Below are positions 38,685 through 47,561 of a DNA stretch of 64,000 nucleotides, in pieces. The DNA is taken from the NCBI GenBank assembly GCA_963741635.1, contig CAVUIO010000012.1:195514-259513 (forward strand), written 5' to 3'. The notes below the pieces were generated by a model. That model did no database searches. It worked only from the letters and a program-made list of their open reading frames with translations, and had not been told where the DNA came from. Both the position numbers and the translations under genes were made by a program. Positions within the stretch are counted from its first letter, which is position 1; the number at the start of each line of letters is the position of its first letter. The stretch is from an uncultured Chloroflexia bacterium. Lineage in GTDB: Bacteria > Chloroflexota > Anaerolineae > Anaerolineales > Villigracilaceae.

Positions 38685-39503
38685 ATGAAAATCATAGATC
38701 ACACCCCCTACTTTTAATTCCGAAACCGGTGAAATTGATTTCCTCGACCGCGTCAGGGCGATGATGAAATTTGGTTCCCCATGGGTTAAAGAGGTCGAGG
38801 CGCAGAACCAGGTCATCCCCGTGCTCGGTCAAGTATTGGATCGGAATTTTACCCTCCTGCGAAACGTTACTCCTCCGGGGTTGAATACCAGTCTGCCTCT
38901 CATACTGGTGGGACCCACCGGGTTGTTTGTTATGTACGTCACCCCTCTGACGCGGCATGTACCGCGCCAAAGGGGACCAGTGGGGAACAATATCCGGGAA
39001 TGCCTTCAAGAACGAAAAACCGAATTTGATGACTCGCACCGAACACATGGCGCGCGCCATCCAGATTTTTCTTGCAGCGGCAGGGGTTATTATTGACCAC
39101 TGTCGAGGCAGTCCTGCTCTGCTCCGACCTGTCGGTCCACGTGGATAGCATCCGACCCATTATCCGCGTGGTAATGCGTGATGCTCTTGAACGATTTGCG
39201 ATTTCCATTACCCAGGCGCGGACCGTGTTCAGCCCTGAAGCCGTGCAGGATGTCATCAATCGGATCCTTAATCCTCCACCACCAAAACCAGAAGAACCTG
39301 TCCCAGAACCGGTAGCCGAAGTCGCTTCCCAACCTGAATCTTCCCAGACCGGAAGCCAAAGTGTCCCCGCATTTGTGTTTCCAGAAACGCCGACACCAGC
39401 CGTTGTTGCAGAGCCCGAACCCGTTTCCATCCCGGATCCGGAAACACCTGAACTTTCCCAGGCTCCCTCAGTGGGGCAGCGATCTCACCGCCTTGCCTGC
39501 TGA
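38685..39503 (+). CDS. NERD (nuclease-related domain) protein with a Pro/Glu-rich tail, three frameshifts
   Basis: MKIIDHTPY begins the gene. It continues in other frames with FNSETGEIDFLDRV..VLGQVLDRNFTLLRNVTPPGLNTSLPLILVGPTGLFVMYVTP, then YRAKGDQWGTISGNAFKNEKPNLMTRTEHMARAIQIFL, then ORF 39072-39503. Frame changes lie near 38712, 38950 and 39070. Confidence 0.5.
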
Positions 39504-39505
39504 AA

Positions 39506-39667
39506 ATGCCGGGGAAGTATCCTCCTCATGCAAAGGGACTCAGGTTGAATAAAAATCAATGGATCTTATTGGTTGCCATGTTTGCGATCTGGGTAATCCT
39601 GGTGGGTGTTTTCCTGTTTATAGTCGTCAGAGATCAGTGGTCCATCATTTCGGGCCTGTTGCCTTGA
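39506..39667 (+). CDS. Possible small single-TM protein (53 aa), or a displaced frame of a neighbouring gene
   Basis: The product is MPGKYPPHAKGLRLNKNQWILLVAMFAIWVILVGVFLFIVVRDQWSIISGLLP. Its TGA overlaps the TTG proposed as the glycosyltransferase start (TTGA). Confidence 0.25.
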   Translation: MPGKYPPHAKGLRLNKNQWILLVAMFAIWVILVGVFLFIVVRDQWSIISGLLP

Positions 39668-40394
39668 AACCCTCGTTCCTCTCAATTATTATTCCTGCTC
39701 ATAATGAAGAAATCCGCCTGCCCCGTGCCTTGGAGCAGGCATTTGCCTTTCTCGAAAAACAGGACTATTCCTCTGAAGTGGTCGTTGTGGAAAACGGCAG
39801 TTCCGATCGCACTCTTGAGATCGCCCAGAGCTTTTTCAAACAGGTTTCCAAATCTTATCGTCCTACATGAAAACCTGTCCGGGAAAGGTCGGGCAGTAAA
39901 GCTCGGGAGTAATGGCAGCCCAGGGGGATTATCGTTTCATCGCAGACGCAGATTTTTCCATGCCGGTGCAGGAAATTAATCGTTTCCTGCCCCCTGATTG
40001 TTCAAGCGACGTCGCTATCGCCTCCCGCGAGGTTCCTGGAGCAAGTCGGTATAATGAACCGGCTTACCGTCATCTTACTGGTCGTATTTATAATTTTTTG
40101 ATCCGTTCGCTCGTTCTGCCTGGTTTGCAGGATACCCAGTGCGGTTTCAAATGCTTCAAAGGCTCTGTCGCCGAGGATGTCTTCCGCTACCAGACTTTGA
40201 CCGGCTGGTCCTTTGATGTGGAATTGCTGTTTCTCGCCCGCCGGCGTGGATACACTCTCTGCGAGATCGGTATCCCCTGGTATTACACCCCGGGCAGCAA
40301 GGTTAACGTCCTGCGTGATTCCTGGCGCATGTTTTTCGATCTTTTGTATATCCGCCGCAACGCCCGGCGAGGCGTGTATGACTCGCCGCGGTGA
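39664..40394 (+). CDS. Family 2 glycosyltransferase (dolichyl-phosphate beta-glucosyltransferase-like), two frameshifts
   Basis: SIIIPAHNEEIRLPRALE..VVVVENGSSDRT is followed by NLIVLHENLSGKGRAVKLG, then DYRFIADADFSMP..QDTQCGFKCF..DVELLFLARRRGY. Frame changes lie near 39835 and 39905. The start is uncertain. Confidence 0.72.
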
Positions 40395-41001
40395 TTTGCG
40401 TCCCTTTCCCACATTGGAATTTGAATTGAACCTATGGAATGCCGGTTTTTGCCGCATCGCAGGTCTGGATGAGGCTGGGCGCGGTGCCTGGGCGGGTCCA
40501 GTGGCAGCCGCCGTAGTAATACTTCCTGCCAATCCAGCCCTTACCAATATTCTTTACCGTGTCCGCGATTCCAAGCTGATGACACCGTTGGCTCGCGAAA
40601 CCTGGGCTCCGTTGATCAAGGAATCCGCATTAGGCTGGGGAGTCGGATTTGCATCGGCTGAAGAAATAGATTCTCATGGCATCCTCCCGGCAACAAAATT
40701 AGCTGCCACCCGTGCGCTCGAAAACCTGGTCCCAGATTATCTGCTTACCGATTTTTTGGTGTTCCGTGATATTGACCTGCCCCAGACTGCCCTGGTCAAG
40801 GGTGACCAGCAATCACTCAGTATCGCGGCTGCCTCAGTGCTCGCCAAGACTGCGCGGGATGAGATAATGCGCACCCTGGATGATGAATACCCCGGATATG
40901 GATTCTTTCGCCACAAGGGTTACGGGACACGATATCATCAAGAAGCTCTTAAAAATTTAGGACACTGTGCCATCCACCGGAATTCGTTTTCTATTCCATA
41001 A
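40378..41001 (+). CDS. rnhB: Ribonuclease HII
   Basis: IAGLDEAGRGAWAGPVAAAVV (the DEAGRG motif) and DSKLMT..ASVLAKTARD..GYG are present. The ORF is intact and overlaps the glycosyltransferase 3-prime end by 17 nt. Confidence 0.93.
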   Translation: MTRRGDLRPFPTLEFELNLWNAGFCRIAGLDEAGRGAWAGPVAAAVVILPANPALTNILYRVRDSKLMTPLARETWAPLIKESALGWGVGFASAEEIDSHGILPATKLAATRALENLVPDYLLTDFLVFRDIDLPQTALVKGDQQSLSIAAASVLAKTARDEIMRTLDDEYPGYGFFRHKGYGTRYHQEALKNLGHCAIHRNSFSIP

Positions 41002-41121
41002 TATGTTTTGACCAAAAAATATTCGTTTCCCCAAAATTAGTAAAATTATTTTATGCGAGGAGGCACGAATCCTAATTGAATCGTGCCTCCTATTGGTAAA
41101 TGCAGAGTCACTTCTGATCGG

Positions 41122-41625
41122 TTAAGCGATTTTCTCAAATTTCTCAGCTGGAGTGCTGCAAACCGGGCATTTCCCGTCCACTGGTCCTTCGTGGGTAAAA
41201 CCGCATACCGGGCAAACGTAATAGGTCTTTTCCTCGATATCCTTGCCCTTGCCCAGCATTTCCTTTGCCTGCCGGTAGAGTCTTTCGTGAACTTTTTCCG
41301 TCTCCAGTGCGTACCCAAACGATTTTTCAGCGCGCTTGTCGCCCTCTGTTTGCGCCTCACCCAGCATGGTGGGGTACATCGAGACAACCTCATAGTTCTC
41401 GCCTGCAATGGCTACATCCAGGTTCTCTGCAGTTGATTTAACGCCATCCATCGCCCGCAGGTGGTTTAGGGCATGCACTGTCTCTGCGGCTGCTGCAGCC
41501 CTGAAAAGTTTCGCGATCTGTGGCAGGCCATCCTGGTCTGCTTTTTTGGCAAATGCAAGGTATCGTCGGTTGGCTTGAGACTCACCGGCAAACGCTGTTT
41601 TTAAATTATCTATGGATTTTGACAT
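41122..41625 (-). CDS. rbr: Rubrerythrin
   Basis: The product starts MSKSIDNLKTAFAGESQANRRY. It has diiron ExxH motifs (AAETVHAL, ETEKVHERL) and a C-terminal rubredoxin-like CPVCG...CPVC. Confidence 0.92.
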   Translation of the reverse strand: MSKSIDNLKTAFAGESQANRRYLAFAKKADQDGLPQIAKLFRAAAAAETVHALNHLRAMDGVKSTAENLDVAIAGENYEVVSMYPTMLGEAQTEGDKRAEKSFGYALETEKVHERLYRQAKEMLGKGKDIEEKTYYVCPVCGFTHEGPVDGKCPVCSTPAEKFEKIA

Positions 41626-41738
41626 GGAATTCTCCTCTTTAAATAAATATTCGCGGGTAATGCTATGACTGATTATACCAATTGAAGCGGATCCCATGAT
41701 TGACGCTTATTCCAAGAACAGGTATGATGAAAATGCTT

Positions 41739-42113
41739 CAGGTCGGCTGGACGGTCGCGGCTTTGCGCTTCGGCGCAGAGTTGAGGAAAGTCCGCACTCC
41801 GCAGGGCACGGCACCGGGGAAAGCCCGGGGTGAGGTAACTTGCCGGATAGGGCCACAGAAATAGACAGCCGCCGCAAGGCGGTCATGGTGCAAAGGCGGT
41901 GTAAGAGACCACCGGCGTCTACAGTAATGCAGGCGGCCAGGTAACCCCCGCCGGGAGCAAGGCCAAACAGGGACAAGACGCGGCTCGCGTCGTTTGAGTT
42001 CCGGGTAGGCTGCATAGAGAGATGACCGTCCAGGTGGAGCGTCGGGAAGGAACTCTTCGGAGCGTAAACCGACCTTCCTTCACCGGACAAAATGCGGCTT
42101 ATAGGCCGGCCTG
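41739..42113 (+). ncRNA. rnpB: RNase P RNA, bacterial type A
   Basis: Plus-strand GAGGAAAGTCCGCAC, ACAGAAA, GGTGCAAAGGCGGTGTAAGAGACCACC, GGTAACCCC, GAGCAAGGCCAAA and ACAAAATGCGGCTTATAG are present. P1 pairing is CAGGTCGGC with GCCGGCCTG. The minus-strand track ORF 41707-42090 is an artefact. Confidence 0.9.
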
Positions 42114-42254
42114 AGGCAATTTTTCTTGGAAATCAACAATTTCCTCATTTTTTATAAGCGATGTCTTCCGTGATTTTCGTTCATGAATGATGGTTGATAA
42201 TATCCATTGATAAATTCTCTTTACCGAATAAACCCGTTTATAATTAATCCTCGG

Positions 42255-42599
42255 ATGAATCATGTTTCTGAAATTCGCGCCGAAATGGAAATGGCTTATG
42301 GTGCCCGGGCCGCTGGGAATGAAGGTCGGGCGCGTGTTTGTGCACGGCGGGCAGCGGGACTGGCAGCCAGGGATTATTTGAACCTTCACGGGATCATTCT
42401 TGATAATGCTGGTCAAAACCGGCTTCGTAGTGGCAGTGCATATGAGGCGCTTCTGGCGCTGATAAATTTACCCGGTATTCCTATTGAACTTAAGAAAGCT
42501 GCTGAAAATTTAACCATGCGCGTCACCCCGAAATTCCAACTCCCCGAGGGAATCGACCTGATCGAAGAAGCCCAAAAACTTATCGGAGGATTATCATGA
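42255..42599 (+). CDS. Hypothetical protein (114 aa) translationally coupled to the downstream glutaredoxin-like gene
   Basis: MNHVSEIRAEMEMAYGARAAGNEGRARVCARRAAG... is an intact ORF. Its stop overlaps the next start (ATGA at 42596-42599). The start choice is uncertain (42207 or 42255). Confidence 0.5.
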   Translation: MNHVSEIRAEMEMAYGARAAGNEGRARVCARRAAGLAARDYLNLHGIILDNAGQNRLRSGSAYEALLALINLPGIPIELKKAAENLTMRVTPKFQLPEGIDLIEEAQKLIGGLS

Positions 42600-42850
42600 G
42601 TGAAAATGAATCGATTGTGATGTACGGCACTTCCTGGTGCGGTGGCTCCCGTCGCTGCCGACTTATGCTCGATAGACAAGGAATTGCTTATAAATGGATC
42701 GACATTGACCAGGATGAAAATGCCGGTAAATATCTCGAGACCTTGAATGGGGGCCATCGCAGCGTCCCTACGATAGTTTGGCCTGACGGCTCGAAGCTGA
42801 CTGAACCGAGCGAGTCAGAGTTGGCAGCAAAGCTTGGAATAAAACTCTAA
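42596..42850 (+). CDS. Glutaredoxin/mycoredoxin-like small thioredoxin-fold protein
   Basis: IVMYGTSWCGGSRRCRLMLDRQGIAYKWIDIDQD...HRSVPTIVWPDGS matches the Grx-fold layout with the conserved cis-Pro (VPT). The active-site region reads WCGGSRRC rather than a plain CxxC. Confidence 0.7.
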   Translation: MSENESIVMYGTSWCGGSRRCRLMLDRQGIAYKWIDIDQDENAGKYLETLNGGHRSVPTIVWPDGSKLTEPSESELAAKLGIKL

Positions 42851-42942
42851 CTGACTGGTTTTAATTGACGAAAATGAGACTGTCTGTAAAATAATAGAAA
42901 TCCCGGAGGGTGATCTCCGGGCCAAATTATTTATGGGCTGGT

Positions 42943-43224
42943 TTACGCAGTAGTTTTTTTCTTTATTAGTATTGATAATACTTTCCCCAGTATCGCCAGG
43001 AAAACGGTAATAGATATAAAACCTCCAACCAGGAGAGCTATAAAATGCCATTCAGCTACCCGGTCCACCAATGCCGTTTGGGTTTTAGTCTGAATGCGCT
43101 GGGCAACATCGTGCACAAATTCCTTGCGCGGTTTGATCGGCTTGAGCACTCCTGAAAGCCGATTTTCCATGGAAGAGATTTTCTCCATGGATGCATCGGC
43201 AAATTTCCTCATTTTCGTATTCAT
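42943..43224 (-). CDS. Single-pass membrane protein downstream of the ECF sigma gene (possible anti-sigma factor)
   Basis: An AGGAG SD precedes MNTKMRKFADASMEKISSMENRL.., and a C-terminal TM segment WHFIALLVGGFISITVFLAILGKVL follows. Only position suggests the function. Confidence 0.45.
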   Translation of the reverse strand: MNTKMRKFADASMEKISSMENRLSGVLKPIKPRKEFVHDVAQRIQTKTQTALVDRVAEWHFIALLVGGFISITVFLAILGKVLSILIKKKTTA

Positions 43225-43284
43225 GTCCAACTCCTGCAAAATATCTACTTAATCATCATTAATCAGCAGGTCCGGCTGCCCGCC

Positions 43285-43842
43285 CTACTTTTCCAAGTCC
43301 AAACCTTCCAATTCATCCCTGAGTGCCAATAAGGTGCGGTGATAAAGGCTTTTTACTGCACCTTCACTGCGGCCCATGGTCTCGCCGATCTCGGCATTCG
43401 ACATATGCTCGACGAATTTCAAAATCAGCAGGTGCTGCCGCTCCCCGGGAAGGTGCCGGATGAGCCGGAGAAGCGCTTCACGTTCCTGGGTCTGCATTAA
43501 AGCCAATTCCGGTGGGTCACCCTTATAATGAAGAGTTGGAGCGTCTGAAAGAGGGATTTCCTGGTGACGGCTGCGATCGCGGTGCCAGTTTGCCACCAGG
43601 TTATGGGCGATCCGGTATAACCATGCCGAGAACGGCACCCCCCGATCTGAATAAGAATGGATGTGATTCAGGGCACGATAAAACACACGTGCGGTGAGGT
43701 CTTCGGCATCATGTACGTCCCCGGTTCGATAATATACGTAGTTGAAAATTCGGTCTACGTATGTCCCGTATAGAACGCCAAAGGCTTCAAGGTCGCCTTG
43801 TGCAGCACGCTGTAAGATCTCTTGTTCTTCAGACTCCGGCAC
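43285..43842 (-). CDS. ECF-type RNA polymerase sigma-70 family factor
   Basis: Region 2 reads DAEDLTARVFYRAL..FSAWLYRIAHNLVANWHR. Region 4 reads LPGERQHLLILKFVEHMSNAEIGETMGRSEGAVKSLYHRTL. The ORF is intact. Confidence 0.88.
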   Translation of the reverse strand: MPESEEQEILQRAAQGDLEAFGVLYGTYVDRIFNYVYYRTGDVHDAEDLTARVFYRALNHIHSYSDRGVPFSAWLYRIAHNLVANWHRDRSRHQEIPLSDAPTLHYKGDPPELALMQTQEREALLRLIRHLPGERQHLLILKFVEHMSNAEIGETMGRSEGAVKSLYHRTLLALRDELEGLDLEK

Positions 43843-43997
43843 TCAAATCACCTTACCGGGCGGGTCTGAATAACTTAACCCCGCCTGGTTCCAGAAGTTT
43901 CAGAACGAGTATAACATGTTATAATTTTCTCCCTTGGGACGGTTCCCTATCCACAAGATGGTTCTTGATATTCCTGGAAGGGATGTCCCCGAACCAC

Positions 43998-44391
43998 GGG
44001 GATGACAGGCTTCGACGGAAGAGGCTGGTCCCGAAATGCGAGCCGAGAGGCGCCGACCTCGTAAACTCAGCGCAAACAATCAAGTGCCAACCGCACTTCC
44101 TATGCCGCTATGCCCCTCGCTGCGTAAGCAGTAGAGAGTAAACGGCCGGTCTCTTAGCGAGGTCGCGTCCACCCGTCCCGTTCTTCACCCGGTGAAGGGA
44201 TTGGGCGTCACAATGGTGGAGTGCCGCGCACGACGCCGCTATCTGCGCGAAAGAGGGCCTTCGGGCTCGGGCGGCTGGCTGCAGGTCAATTTTGCCGGAT
44301 GGGTGACCTGCGGCGACAGATCCAACCGGCTACGCTCGTAGATTTTCGAGGGTCAAGTTTTCGGACGCGGGTTCAATTCCCGCCATCTCCA
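43998..44391 (+). ncRNA. ssrA: tmRNA (SsrA), one-piece; tag reading frame 44086-44127 encodes ANRTSYAAMPLAA
   Basis: The 5-prime end GGGGATGACAGGCTTCGACGG pairs with the 3-prime end GGACGCGGGTTCAATTCCCGCCATCTCCA (G3:U70, TPsiC arm). The resume codon GCC at 44086 opens a tag ending LAA-TAA. CCA is not encoded. Confidence 0.92.
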
Positions 44392-44398
44392 CTCAACA

Positions 44399-44423
44399 AA
44401 ACACGCCTTTAATGGCGTGTTTT
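44399..44423 (+). terminator. Terminator after tmRNA
   Basis: AACACGCC-TTTAAT-GGCGTGTT followed by TTG. Confidence 0.6.
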
Positions 44424-44572
44424 GATTTCAATTGGTAAATTTGTCCTCTTTCAGAACGATTGATAGTCGAATGTCGGTCATTTGAAAGGAAAAATTGAAA
44501 ACGATGGGGGTACAATTTGTATAAGTCAACCGTCAAAAATAAATTATTGACATTTTCCAAAAGGAGATCCTA

Positions 44573-45389
44573 ATGAAATCCTCGTTTTCTTTCTCCCTTC
44601 ATTATTTTGGCAGGTCTGGTTCTTGTCGTGGGTCTGGCATGTGGAATATCTGCTCCCCCAGCACCTACTCCTCCGGAAGCCATTCCAACCCAGGTTGTCG
44701 TCCAGCCCACAAATCCCCCTGCCAACCCGCCCCAGATTGTTCCCACAAACCCGCCGGCAATTCAACCCACAGAGGCTCCTCCATCATCACCTGCTCAGGA
44801 ATTTTTTACCGAGACATTCCAGGGAGACATTAGCTCGTGGACTTGTGATATTTCCCAGGGTGATTCATCCAAATTCACAGAATCTCAAACTTCCAATGGC
44901 TTGCACGTCCAGTTGGATGATACCAATTTATACGTTTATTATTACTATACCCCTGTAACCTACCAGGATGTGCGCCTTGATCTGACCTATACCAATCTTG
45001 CTCATAATTCCAACAACATCAACCTGATCTGTCGAAAATCAAGTTCTGGTTGGTATGAATTTACGGTTCAAAACGACGGGCTCTGGCAAATCTGGGCATA
45101 CGATATCATTACCGGGAAAGATTATGTCATACTGGCAGATGGCGGCTCGACTGCCATCCGCCCCGGTCGGCAGGAAAACGAAATTACAGCCACCTGCATT
45201 GGAGAGAAATTTACTCTTTATATTAACGGTACCTTGTTAAAAGCATTCCTTAAAACCAGTTCTTTTTTATCCGAAGGGGAGATCGGGTTCGGGGTTAATA
45301 TTTCACCCACCAATGAGGTCACCCCGGTGATCGTGGACTTTGATTCTCTCACGATCTCAAACCATAAATATTCCAATATTATTGAGTAA
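44573..45389 (+). CDS. Secreted lipoprotein with a Pro-rich linker and a beta-rich C-terminal domain (concanavalin/DUF1080-like?), one frameshift in the signal peptide
   Basis: An AAGGAGA SD precedes MKSSF. After a frame change the sequence continues (I)LAGLVLVVGLACG (lipobox), then PTPPEAIPTQVVVQPTNPPANPP.. and a 190-aa domain. Confidence 0.55.
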
Positions 45390-45392
45390 TAA

Positions 45393-45428
45393 GAGGCTGG
45401 ATCCCTCCTGGATCCAGCCTCTTTATAT
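45393..45428 (+). terminator. Rho-independent terminator
   Basis: GAGGCTGGATCC-CTCCT-GGATCCAGCCTC followed by TTTATATTTTT. Confidence 0.65.
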
Positions 45429-45535
45429 TTTTCCTATGGTTCGTTAACGTTCTTCTTGCAACCTTGCTGTATCCTTACTACCAAAAGTGAATGACACGTT
45501 CGTGCGCGTCTGTATCCTGTTCGAGGAGTATTGTC

Positions 45536-47448
45536 ATGGGAAAAATCATTGGAATTGACCTGGGAACCACCAACAGTGTGGTGGCTGTCATGGAAGGCGG
45601 TCAGCCAACGGTCATAACCACTGCAGAAGGCGGGCGCTTGTGCCCATCGGTTGTCTCTTTCAACAAGAACAACGAACGCCTGGTGGGGCAAACCGCCAAG
45701 CGCCAGGCCGTCATTAATTCTGAAAATACCATTTATTCCATCAAACGCTTTATGGGCCGCCGTTTCGATGAAGTGGAAACCGAGCGCAAGATGGTGCCCT
45801 ATGCCGTGGTTGCCGGTCCTTCAGATGAAGCCCGCGTCAAAATTCCGGTCACCAACCGTGAGTATAGTCCGCAGGAAATTTCCGCCATGATCCTGGCAAA
45901 GCTCAAATCGGATGCTGAAGCCTACCTGGGTCAGCCTGTAACCGAGGCCGTCATTACCGTCCCGGCCTACTTCAACGACAGCCAGCGCCAGGCAACCAAG
46001 GATGCCGGCAAGATTGCCGGTTTGGATGTAAAACGGATCATCAACGAGCCGACTGCTTCCGCCCTGGCTTATGGTCTGGATAAAAAGAAAAACGAAACCA
46101 TCCTGGTCTTTGACCTGGGTGGTGGTACCTTCGATGTATCCATCCTGGATGTGGGCGAAGGCGTCATCGAGGTTAAGTCCACCAATGGCGATACCCACCT
46201 GGGCGGCGATGACTGGGATCAGCGCGTGGTCAACTGGGCGGCTGACGAGTTCAAGAAGCAGGAAGGCATTGATCTCCGCCAGGACCGCCAGGCGCTTCAG
46301 CGCTTACGCGAAGCCGCTGAAAAAGCCAAGATCGAGCTCTCCAGCATGATGGAAACCGAACTCAACCTGCCTTACATTACCGCAGATGCCAATGGACCCA
46401 AGCATCTGGTTCTCAAGTTGACGCGTGCCAAATTCGAGCAGATGACCGATGACCTGCTCAACCGTTGCCGCACTCCGTTTGAAATCTGCCACTGAAAGAT
46501 GCCAGCCTGAAAGCTTCCGACTTGAACGAAGTCGTCCTCGTCGGCGGATCAAGCCGCATGCCAATGGTGCAGGACCTGGTCCGCACGCTGACCGATGGCA
46601 AGGAACCCAACAAGGGTGTCAACCCCGATGAGGTTGTGGCGGTCGGCGCAGCCATCCAGGCAGGTGTGCTGGGCGGTGAAGTCAAGGATATTCTCCTGCT
46701 CGATGTCACGCCTCTTTCACTGGGTGTTGAGACACTGGGCGGCGTAATGACAAAAATGATCGAGCGCAACACCACCATCCCGGTCCGCAAAACCGAGACC
46801 TATTCCACCGCTGCCGACAGCCAGACCGCGGTCGATATCCATATTCTGCAGGGCGAACGTCCCATGGCTACCGATAACATGTCTCTGGGCCGTTTCCGCC
46901 TCGATGGAATCCCCCCTGCTCCGCGCGGTATCCCCCAGGTGGAAGTTACCTTCGATATTGATGCCAACGGCATCCTCAACGTGACTGCCCGGGATAAAGC
47001 CACCGGCAAGGAACAAAAGATCACTGTGACCGCTTCCACCAACTTGAACAAGGATGAGATTGCCCGCAAGGTTGAAGAGGCTAAAAGATACGAAGGCTGA
47101 AGATAAGAAACGGCGCGAGGTCATCGACGCCCGCAATACTGCCGACAATCTGGTTTATCAGACTGAAAAAGCCCTGCGCGATCTGGGCGAGAAGGTTTCT
47201 TCGGAGGAACGCGGCAAGATCGAAGGCAAGATCAACGATCTAAAAGCGGCATCCCAAACTGATGATATGGCGCGTATCAAGAAAGCCACCGATGAACTCC
47301 AAAATATGTTCTATGCGCTCAGCCAGCAGATGTATGCCCAACAGCCCGGGCAAACCCCCCCGCAGGGCGGACCGCAAGCTGGAGGTCCCCAAACGCCTCC
47401 TCCGGCAGTGATGGCGACGTGATCGACGGGGAAGTCCGCGACGCTTGA
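45536..47448 (+). CDS. dnaK: Second DnaK/Hsp70 paralogue, three frameshifts
   Basis: [28 protein letters not shown].. lies in ORF 45491-46495. [13 protein letters not shown].. lies in ORF 46522-47100. The lid domain lies in ORF 47054-47422. The last codons [14 protein letters not shown] are in a further frame. Frame changes lie near 46490, 47090 and 47395. Confidence 0.93.
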
Positions 47449-47457
47449 AAATCATAA

Positions 47458-47497
47458 CATCCCGGGTGGTAAACATAGCCGCCCGGGATGCTTTTTT
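47458..47497 (+). terminator. Rho-independent terminator after the second dnaK
   Basis: CATCCCGGG-15 nt-CCCGGGATG followed by CTTTTTT. Confidence 0.75.
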
Positions 47498-47561
47498 AAA
47501 CGACCCCTTTGTTAATTTCCTCTCATAATTCAATTCCCGGTAAAGCAGTATAATCGCCCCC

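Noticed and set aside
41057-41092. Strong hairpin GAGGAGGCACGA..TCGTGCCTCCT between rnhB and rubrerythrin as a terminator
   Set aside because: The stem is convincing, but neither strand has a U-tract directly after it. It may still be a terminator or stability element, but I could not support a confident call.
41707-42090. 127-aa minus-strand ORF
   Set aside because: It is antisense to the RNase P RNA. The conserved GAGGAAAGTCCG, ACAGAAA and GGTAAGAG-type motifs read on the plus strand.
43880-43997. Promoter for tmRNA (TATAAT at about 43918)
   Set aside because: The -35 match is only 3 of 6 (GTTTCA), and the element would give a 70-nt precursor leader. It is plausible but unsupported without transcript data.
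38175-44391. Genomic island or integrated element next to tRNA-Pro or tmRNA (classical integration sites)
   Set aside because: No integrase, recombinase, excisionase, phage or transposase genes flank either RNA gene, and I found no direct repeat of the tRNA or tmRNA 3-prime end. The neighbours are ordinary housekeeping genes.
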